Assembly (NCBI GenBank): GCA_012295275.1
Contig: CM022666.1
Location: forward strand, 14,384,001 to 14,448,000
Direction of reading: 5' to 3'
DNA length: 64,000 nucleotides
DNA from: Chrysomallon squamiferum
Taxonomy: Eukaryota > Animalia > Mollusca
Of the stretch, positions 43,968 through 64,000 are shown piece after piece; position 1 is the stretch's first letter, and every line of letters begins with the position of its first letter. The notes below the pieces were generated by a model, which was given only the letters and a program-made list of their open reading frames with translations, did not search any database and was not told where the DNA came from. Made by a program: the position numbers and the translations under genes.

Positions 43968-44898
43968 AATAGTAGCAACAAATACATAAACAAGTTTTAT
44001 GGATATAAGAAAATAATTTGAATTTGAAGATCATAAAACTTAATTTCTGTTTGTTCGTTGAAAGAAGGAGTTTTAAATGTGTTTAATGTTACTTATCATT
44101 CCTATATGGAAAAACATTGAGAATTCTAAGACCGACTGTTAATTATTAATGCAGGATTCCATGATTGCCACGTAAACTGTAAGAAACCAAATGTATTCGT
44201 GAATTATTGCACGCGAGTTACAAAACAACGTTTATACGTGCGTTACAAAAAGATACATTTCTACGTGACTTTCAAAAATATGTTTGTAGAGAGTTGCAAA
44301 ATGATCCGTTTGTATTTTTATATGATAAAAACTGTCTGGTCGACAATTTGCATCACTGTCTCCCACCTGCTGCGAATTGTGGAGTTGTAATATTATTTAT
44401 TTACTTTCTCGTCTCTTTAACTAATGTTCTCAAACATCCAGCACTCATGTCCGATCTTGTCGTACGACTGATATACGCAATAATTTAATAAAGATATAGA
44501 GAGAAATGATACATATTATTTACAAACCAAGTGAGCAAATTTGTCGAGAAAATAATGATATTCGCACTGATTTTAATGTCTTGGTTACAAAACATCAAGA
44601 GTTTGTTTTCCATTCATCAGAGTTTGAGTTTTTAAGGCTGTTTAAAAATGATAACATTTATTATGATAAATATTGTCCAGGTTGATCAAAGAATGTCGCG
44701 ACGTTATGTATTTTGTTTAGCAATTAATAAAATAAAGTTTAATTTAGTGTTGTTATGTTTGTTTATAATGAATGTTTTTTCAACAAAGAAAAATAAATAA
44801 CAAGCAGGAGGATACTGATACGTGAGTTACAAAAAAAGATATGATCGTAGGTGCGTTAGAAAACAAACAACGTTTTTACACGACTAACAGAAGAACAG

Positions 44899-44935
<37 letters not shown>

Positions 44936-44974
44936 GACTGCTTATATCCGTTGCTTATATATTGTCCACGCCTG

Positions 44975-45120
44975 TTGTTATGACGTCATGGCGGAAGGAT
45001 GTTTTTGTTTGGTTTGTTTTAATGTGTCCAATGTAGTTATAACATTCAGTCCCTACGCATATTGGTCTTGTATGCGATGACGTCACAATATCAGTACAAT
45101 GGCCTAAAATGGCGGCTTTT
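44975..45120. promoter_or_regulatory. Promoter-like motif cluster (2x CRE, YY1-like, ETS-like, CCAAT)
   Basis: TGACGTCA at 44981 and 45078, AAAATGGCGGC at 45106, CATGGCGGAAG at about 44987, ATTGG at 45061, all within 150 bp. Motif evidence only. Confidence 0.35.
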
Positions 45121-45889
45121 AAATGTTTCATAGCAATATCATTTAATGTTATGCTTGTTATGAGTGACGAAAGGTTACATAAAATTAACTAATAACTTGG
45201 CAGGGTCAAACATTTTAACTTTAAATTGCAAGAATGTTTCAAATAATTAGAAATAGCTGACATATTATGATAAACTCAGTGTATTCATAATTCTTAATCC
45301 GAAATTCCGTTTCCAAGTAATTATTTCTTATTCATAAATTCTCCGAGATTATCAATAAACAGTTATTATTCTGTACAAGTAAAATAAACTATTCGGGAAC
45401 GCACTGACACAGGAGGACAAAGTCTAATCACAAACCCCGTCAGATGTCGCTGACGAGACTCGAATGTGTGGCGCCCATTCCGAAAATCTTCACGGTCTGT
45501 TTTAATAATCAGAAACGAAGGAGAAATCAGCATATTAAATTATTTAATTTAAGATTTCTTTTTAATGTGTATTTATACGTTATAAAAACAATAAAACAAT
45601 AATAATAATGATAAAAAAAAACCATAAATAAACACATAAATAAATAAATATATAAATAAATAAAATTTAAGGAATTGAAAGAAAGAATTAATGAATAAAT
45701 AAAAAGATAAAAATTAAAATGTTAAAAATTTAACAAAATTCCTTGAAAACGAAATGTAGGTAAGGTTTAACAGTCTGGACAAGTGAGCAATCCTTTGCAA
45801 ATGTAACGATATTATATAAGACCAACATATATATCAGTTTTTTCACTCTTTCATATATAATAAGAGACGTAGCTAGAGGTTTGTCTAAG

Positions 45890-56100
<10,211 letters not shown>

Positions 56101-56661
56101 AAAATATTCATAAATAATAAATAATAACAATTAATAATAATAATAATAATGATAATAATAATAATAATAATGATAATGATATTAAATTAATAAATAAATA
56201 AATATGACTTTTATTTCTTCCATATATACAGGTAACTAGATTTTATATTGTAGTATTTTTATTAGCAAAGTAGAATACAGATAAACAGGGCGTAGACGAA
56301 TTAAAAAAGATGTGATGGTGCATAATTTGTCGACATTACAGATTTCTCGCAAGTTATAGATAATTTTTGTCCCTGTGATAAAGATAACTGGAACTATATA
56401 ACGAATACAACATCTGAAGGTTCTAATGTCACTGAGGATGTTTCACGTGAACATTGTTATTTTTTGTAATGTAGCTATTATTGGTGTGTCTTTATGTAGA
56501 AGGAGGTAAAATAAGCACGTCGGTTGTAATAAGTTTATAAAACATATTATCAGATAGGAAAATATTTTTGAATTTGTGTTTTGCATATATACATATAAAT
56601 TATCTTAATTCTAGACGGATCATCGTATTAATAAAAAGTGACCCCAAGTGTCTGTTGAACG

Positions 56662-57778
56662 ATGGCTGAAAAGGCGGTTGTACCACTTTTAGAGCTAAAA
56701 GAAGAGTTTGCTACTTGTAGTATATGTGAGGAGTCGTTTGATGAGGAAGATAAATGTCCACGTATACTGCCGTGTTATCACACTTTCTGTACTACTTGTC
56801 TTCATAGAATCTGGAACAATTCACAACATGAACTAGGATGTCCTAGTTGTAGAAAAACGTGGCCTGTTCACAACTCCATAGAAGAATCGTTTGAACGAAA
56901 CAGAATTGTAAACAATTTAGTGGATTATCTGAGCATGAAAAACAAGCCTGAACAGCTATTGTGTCAAGTCTGTGAAAAACATTCTAAAGCAACACACTGG
57001 TGCCAATATTGTGTCAGATACTTGTGTAATGAATGCTTAGTAAGTCACAAGAACATTCCTGTCACGAAGCAACATAAAACGATTCCTTTAACCGAACTGC
57101 GTCAGATGACTACAGATGAATATTTTCTTCAGCAGAAAGTGTTGTGTAAAGATCATAAGAATGTTAGACTTGATCTGTTTTGTAAAAAGTGCTGGTCAGC
57201 TCTCTGTTCTTCTTGTGTTCTTGTTTCTCATAGAGATCACGACATCTGTAACCTGAAAGACATTCACGAAGAGAAGAAAAACTCCATGACGACGGAACTA
57301 AACAAGTTACAAGCCTCAAAAGACGTTTCAGAACAACACAGCAAGAAACTGAAGCAAGAAAACACAACACTGGATGCACGCAAAACACATCTCCTGAAAA
57401 CAATTGATGACTCGTATGACACAATTATAGCAAAATTATCAGAGAGAAAGGAACAGATGAAACAAGATGTTGTTTCCAACATAGCCAAACAGAAAGCTGT
57501 ACGATATGAACAGATAAAAGTGATTGCCGAGTCACAAAGTGAAAAGAACGATCATGTTCTATACTGTCAACAGGCGATGCAGTTTGCACGAGGTGAAGAT
57601 TTTCTAAAGATGTGTGAATCTCTAGAAGGAAGGATTCAGTCTCTAACTGAAAGTCTACAGCTAGATGATGTTCCCATGCAGCAAATCACCTTGGACGACA
57701 CGTTTGATGAAGTCAACAAAGTGTTAGAGAGAAGTGTTACCTTGTATGATGGCATAACTTTCAAGGAGGGAGACACAG
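56662..57778 (+). CDS. TRIM protein B, coding exon 1: RING, B-box1, B-box2, coiled coil
   Basis: RING CSIC..PCYHTFCTTC..CPSC, B-box1 CQVC..CQYC..CNEC..H..H, B-box2 CKDH..FCKKC..LCSSC..HRDH, coiled coil, no filamin domain. Donor CAG|GTGAGA after 57778 is phase 1. Likely UTR acceptor TTCTAG| at 56614. Confidence 0.92.
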
Positions 57779-59030
57779 GTGAGAAATTTAAAGAAAATGA
57801 AAATGATAGTGACAAAAGTCAAGTTTGTGAAACTACAGGAAGTCACAGAAATGAATTCGTTTTATTTGGTAGATGATACTTTTCTGCTGATCTTTTTTTT
57901 TCATATATTGTCAACAAACATGGCAACTTGAACTATTATTATTGATTTTTGTTTAGGTTTTATTATTTTTTATCTTTTTATTTTTGGATAAGGATGTGGA
58001 ATCCATTTATCTTAGCCTGAAATTGCATATAGGTTAATATAACACATGCATCTACTGTGAAAAATGTTTCAGCCCCATAAGACGGAAGAAAGGACGTTAG
58101 TTAATTTATCAGAACACGTTCATTGAAAATTTTCCGGTCTGTTTATTCAATACATTGGTTACTTCTAAACTCTCTGAAAATCAGTCAAAGTCAAAGTCCA
58201 AAAAATTAACGTGCTAATCAGAGCAAGCTGTTGTGAAGCACGCCTACGACGGGCACGCTTTCTGACAGGTCAGCGGGCGTGTCCGTCGCAGATCTCTGAA
58301 AGTAAACAGTTCAAACTGACAGAATAATGAAACCAAACTGGTGTGTACGCGTCATATAAACTGAGTCGTCGACTGATGAGTTGCCATTATCATAATCATA
58401 TACTGCGAATGTTATATTTTGTCTTATAAAACGTTTGATAATATAAAACAAGAATCCAAAAAGTGAATTACGGACATATACGAGTACAAAAATGCAATTT
58501 AAAATGTGTTTTCCACTGATTGTAAGAGATATAAATAAGTTTTGAAATAATAACTGTTACTGTAATAAAAAACAAGATCAATAATTATCTTTATTTTGTG
58601 TATGAAATAATTTCGAAGTATATTCATGGTTTAATATTGATTACAACGTCAATCTAAAAACATACAGCAATTTAATAATCAACGGTAAATTATTATTACG
58701 GTTACTACGGTAGATTTTATTTCTACGTAAGCTGACCTACTTATAACATCGAGTCGCGTGTCTTGTCTGGTTCGAGCACATTTTGAGAAGCGAACATCGA
58801 GGCGGTATGTTTCATTGTTAAGAGGTTCACAAATTTTGACTGAATTTATAGATTTTGTATAGATAAGTAGATAACGTGTTTTCAGTTTAATTAGGTAGTT
58901 AATATTTTAATAGTTCTCTCATTCAGTATTTTTATTTTTCGCACTCTTATTCTTAAGAAACATAACAAGGTTTTATTACTAATTTTCCTTGTAAAACCAT
59001 TACTACTATTATTTCTGATTTTACAGTTTT

Positions 59031-59080
<50 letters not shown>

Positions 59081-59095
59081 TAATAATATTTACAG

Positions 59096-59173
59096 AATCA
59101 CCTGAAACAAGAAAACTTCTGTGTTTAAAACCTGAACCTGTCAGTCACAGAGGAATCTACAGAGAAGTTTCAT
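59096..59173 (+). CDS. TRIM protein B, coding exon 2 (78 nt)
   Basis: TTTACAG|AATC...TTCAT|GTAAGT, phase 1-1, same sequence as 21129-21206. Confidence 0.82.
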
Positions 59174-59510
59174 GTAAGTAACAATTTTTATTTATTTACT
59201 TCTAAATATAATACTGATGATAAAAATACATGATGATAATATTGATAAAGGCAACAATAATAATAACAATAAATAATCTTTAATAAAATAAAAAATTAAT
59301 TATCAGTTGTGTATATTGAAAGTAAACAACATTATAACAAAATTTAAATGTAGAAACAAATTATTTTAATAAAACATTTTATTTATTTACTTTCATTTTT
59401 TAAGTGTAAAAACACAAGTTTTAAAATTGTATTTGATTGTTAACAATTGTATAAAGTGACAGTGCAGTTTGTAAAAGTGAAATATTTAACAACATATTTT
59501 ATTTTCACAG

Positions 59511-60157
59511 TGACACCAATGAAGTTTTCAGAAAAAACACTAAATTGGGAGAAATGTTGTATTAATGAAAACAAGGAATTAGTTAACAAAAGATCTGTAG
59601 AAGAAAACCAAAATGAAGACAGGATGAAAGTTATGAGTGGAGTAACAGGTGACAGAAGTTTTATAGAAAACAAATCTTATGTTTGGGAAAGTGAAATAAC
59701 CTGTCACATTTTAGAAAGTGAAGAACTGAATTGTGTAGCAGCTGAGATTGGAGTCTGTGAGGAGAAACATTGTGATGAGGAATTTCAAATAGCTAGAAAT
59801 AAACATGCTTGGTGTGTTAGTTTTATCAGCTGTGAAGATCACAACAAAATGTGTTTTCGTGTTCAGTCCTGTGGTGAGTACAAGTGTGATAGTCCAGTAT
59901 GTGACTATAAAACAAACACACTAGTCCACACATCACTTACACTAGTACTAGACACACAAAGTAAAACTCTGCACATAATAAACACAGACACTAACACACT
60001 TGTACACACACTGACTGATGTTGATGTGTCACAACCGTTGATACCTGTGTTTGCTGTTTTCAGTTCTGCTCGTTTTGATGTGAAAGTGAAAATTTTACCT
60101 GATTTATCAAAGAATTCCACTTTGCTCAAACTGATCTCTTCTTTAATCTGCCCATAA
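59511..60157 (+). CDS. TRIM protein B terminal exon: intact Cys-rich PRY-SPRY/B30.2-like domain
   Basis: Acceptor TTTTCACAG|TG is phase 1 and the frame is open to TAA 60157. The three exons total 1842 nt, giving a 613-aa RBCC-SPRY protein. AATAAA at 61146 is conserved at 23037 and 29495 in the paralogous UTRs. Confidence 0.88.
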
Positions 60158-61404
60158 AGTAAAATTATTTAACAAAATAGTAATTACTTTAAAAACAAAC
60201 AACAAAAGTAAATTTGTAAAGTAAATAACTGTCTGTCTGTCTGTTATTGTTTATCTCTGTACTATATTTAAAGAAACTAAATATAAATATTCTCAGTGAC
60301 AAACACAGGCTATCAGTGTCATCCACACACGCATACACAAACACAGACATACACACATACACAAACACAGACACACATATTTATACATATATATACATAC
60401 ACAGAGTTACATACATATTTACACAGACATACACACACAGGCACACATATATTTATACACACATACACAGACACACATATTGATACACACATACACAGAC
60501 ACAAATATTTGAACACATACATATATATATACACACACAGACATGCAGATGTATACATGTACACACATGGACTATTACACTTACTGTCTAAATTATTTGT
60601 AAAAGTAATAAATTTTCAGTTTTAAATCTCATTAGAAGTAATCCTCAGTCTACAGTGTCTCTCTACGCCTCCACTCCATGTTGACTATCTAGTCTACTTT
60701 GTTAATTAGTTAACTCTTTATGTGCTGTGTACCTGTGTTTTTGTGAAGAGTAAATTAACTGTTTGAACACGTTACACTGTATTACAATACACGTGTAACA
60801 GGTAAATGTTTCACTTTATATTTCTGATTTTAATTGAAATGAAGTTTTTATTTTAAACACTTAAACTCTGATTTCATTTAAATAATGAGTGAAAGGAGAC
60901 TAGAATTTACATATTTTTTATTAGAATGAATTGCTGATCTCATATTTCATGTACTTATTGTTACTGCAGTAAATTATGACAATAGTAATGTTTTGTGAAA
61001 TCTGGATTTTGTGAATGTGACATTGAATTTTGTGCTTCATTTAACGGAAGAAATTTTAAAAAATATTGTTGAATGTTTGTTGATTTAATGCTTGATAATT
61101 TGATGTCAGAATTATTGATTGATAAAAAAAAAAAAAAATGATAATAATAAATGTGATATTCTAAAAACTGATTTTTGTTTTTACTGCTAAATGTGTATAA
61201 TGTTTATGTAGAAAATGATTGCTGTTTTATTTTTCATTCATTCCTTCTTTGTTTCCTTACTTAGTTTTATATTTATTTTTATTATATTTTTATTTTATTT
61301 ATTTATTTCAACTTCTTCATTCTTTCCTATATTCTGTCATTCAGCTTTTTTTCTTTACATTTATTTCTTTTTTCTTCTACAATCTTCTCTTTTCATTTGT
61401 TGCA

Positions 61405-61438
<34 letters not shown>

Positions 61439-62405
61439 GCGACTTACAGTTCAATTATAAATGTTTGTACAAAATGTGATTTATTTATTTATTATCTGTT
61501 TGTCTGTCTATCTGCCAGTACTTCTGTTTGCCTACCTCCTTGTTTGATGTCATATATTCAATATTCTTTAGTTTGTTATTTTATTTATTTATTTATTTAT
61601 TTATTTATTTGTTGTTGTTATTTTCCTTTACATTTCATTCTTTTTTCTTTTATTTATTTTTAGTTTGTTTTAATAATTATTTATTAGTTGTTTTTTATTC
61701 CTTTCTCCTTTTCTTCTTTTTGTCTACTTTTTCCTTGCATACTTTTATTTGTCTTAATAGCAACTTTAAACAAAAAACGTTGTGTTATGTAATTAAATGT
61801 GGTCCCTTGAAAATCAGTGAAAATGATTATTTTCATTTCTTTTGTGTTTCTTATCTTTCTTATTTAGTTATTTTTTTTTCATTCCTTCATTCTTTCCTTT
61901 CTTATATTCTGTTACTTCTTTGTTTTTCCCTTCTCATGTTTCTCTAAACTTGTATTACTTTAATTGTTTCAGATGTTGAAAAATAACTAACTTGTAAATT
62001 TTCTACAATCATTGTGAAAGATACATTGTTTGGCAAAATATGAAACATTCATATTCTTAATATTTTTCCAATGATTTTTATTTTTTCATTTTATTTTTTG
62101 ATTTATTCATTTATATATGTATGTGTGTGTTTTTCTATATATGTATGTGTGTGTGTATTTCTTTTTATATATATGTATGTATGTGTATACATGTGTATGT
62201 GTGTATATAGATGTGTATGTATATATGTGGATGTATGTATACATGTGTATGTATGTGTTTATGTGTGTATATATATGTGTGTATGTATGTATGTTTGTAT
62301 ATGTGTATATATATATTGTTTGTGCATATGTATATAAATATGTGTGTATGTGTGTATATTGTGTGTTTATATATGTGTGTGTGAGTGTGTTTATGTATAT
62401 ATGTA

Positions 62406-63450
62406 TACTCTCCCAAAAAAGAAACGCAAAAGTAGATTTTATTGACATTGGAAATATCTATCTAATGGATCAACAGAAAGCAGCAGAATGTTCACATTTT
62501 ACACACACTTTCGCAATTCATTCATATTGATGGTATTACATTGAAAAGGTTAAAGTTCAAGTTATAACAGTATAATATCAATACCTTGTGTGCCCACCAC
62601 GGCAGTCCAGAACTGCCTGACATCTCTTTCCCATTACACCTTGTGGAATGGTGGCCCACTCTGTCTGTAGTAAAAATGCCAGCTGAGCACGATTCTGTGG
62701 CTGTGGTTGATGATGCCTCAATCGTCTATCCAACTCATCCCATAAATACTCTATAGGGTTCAAATCCGGAGATTTAGAGGGCCAGGGCAGGATCTGAACG
62801 TTATTGTTGTGTAGGTACACTGTTGTGAGTCTGACTATGTGGTCTCGCATTGTCTTGCTGGAATACAGTGTTACCATTATTCATAACTGGAGCGATATGT
62901 GGCTGCAAAATTTAATCTCGGTATTTCTGTGCCGTTAGGTTGCCTTGGATGTGAACCAGGTTGGTCCTGCCAGTGTATGAGATTGCTGCCCACACCATCA
63001 CACTACCACCGCCAAATCTTTCCGCTTCCTGTATGCAGTTTGCAGCAAAACGTTCACCACGACGTCTGTAAACTCGACATCTTCCATCAGCTCAACGAAG
63101 CAGAAATCGAGCCTCGTCACTAAACCAGACAGTTCTCCATCGTAACTGAGGCCAGACTCTGTGCAGTTGACACCACTGATGTCGTAGTCAACGATGTTGT
63201 TGATCAAAACCACTCTTCTTACAGGCCGTCTGTCTCGAATACCTGCCTCGCGTAAACGATTGCGCACTGTCTGAGCATACCTGGTATTGCTGAAGCAGTA
63301 GAGGTAGCCGTGGTGGTTCTTTCCCGTAGATGAAGTACCCGTATTTAGCGGTCCTGGGCCCTGGTGTACCTGATGGTCACGTGTTGTTTGGTGTTGCTGG
63401 AACCGATATCACAATCTCAAGATGGTGCCGGGGATACGGCCGAGAAGGTT
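62406..63450 (-). mobile_element. Degenerate Tc1-like DNA transposon, 5'-truncated
   Basis: Minus-strand VRNRLREAGIRDRRP and WPSKSPDLNPIEYLWDELDRRLR..CQAVLDCRGGHTRY (Tc1 DD34E C-terminus), with frameshifts. Terminal TACTCTCCCAAAAAAGAAACGCA resembles Tc1 TIRs. Confidence 0.88.
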
Positions 63451-63947
63451 TCGCCACACACACAAAAAAAAAATACAAAATAAATAAATAAATAAAAGTC
63501 AATAACCAAACGTATATATGATTATAATAATTAAGGCCATGTAGGCTAGAACTGGAGTTATGTCCGTTATACCACGTTCAGAAAACGGTTTTAACAGGTA
63601 AACATGTATATGTATATTCAGAGATACACAGAAGTATATTTTATTTTATTTTATTTATTTACTTTCAAAATTACGTCTATTTTCATCAGTTTTATTTAGT
63701 AGTGGTAGTAGTAGTAGGAGTAGGAGTAGTGGTAGAAGTAGCAGAAGTAGTCACAGTATTAATAAAAAGAAGCGAACTAATTAAAACTGAATCAGTGTGC
63801 TCTAAAGGGAGATAACTGATTCGATTCAAAGCATACAGGGGTATTGCAGCCATTAATATGGAGCTGAATACATAAATTCACAAATAAAATAAAACGACAA
63901 AAACAAAAATAAATAAATAAATATATAAATGAAGAGAAAAGTAAATG

Positions 63948-64000
<53 letters not shown>

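Noticed and set aside
45435-45500. Possible hammerhead ribozyme (CTGACGAG...CGAAA)
   Set aside because: Stem II needs a large bulge, and I cannot build stems I and III with a matching NUH site. At best a degenerate remnant.
58320-58395. Possible hammerhead (GAAACCA..TGGT..CTGATGAG)
   Set aside because: The cleavage position would be G, and stems I and II pair poorly.

Overview
AT-rich, microsatellite-laden, intron-containing animal DNA, probably molluscan (inferred from the gene and repeat types), with one 200-N gap. The window is a duplication-built, immune-like locus. It holds two RING/B-box/B-box/coiled-coil TRIM genes (16.8-22.2 kb, with an extra filamin-like domain, and 56.7-60.2 kb). 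Their first coding exons are strongly divergent, but both splice in phase onto a nearly identical 3' cassette (78-nt exon plus a Cys-rich PRY-SPRY/B30.2-like exon). A third, 'headless' SPRY exon lies at 28.1 kb. The SPRY copies differ almost only at amino-acid-changing positions. Between the TRIMs sits an aerolysin/ETX-MTX2 (LIN-24-like) pore-forming gene, broken by two single-base homopolymer frameshifts and spliced to a long disordered tail. Upstream of the second TRIM is a 7-unit tandem array in which each unit looks like a promoter plus short first exon plus splice donor. The rest is two decayed ANKRD42 copies, fragments of hAT, Tigger/pogo and Tc1 DNA transposons, and simple repeats. All alignments and counts were done by eye.
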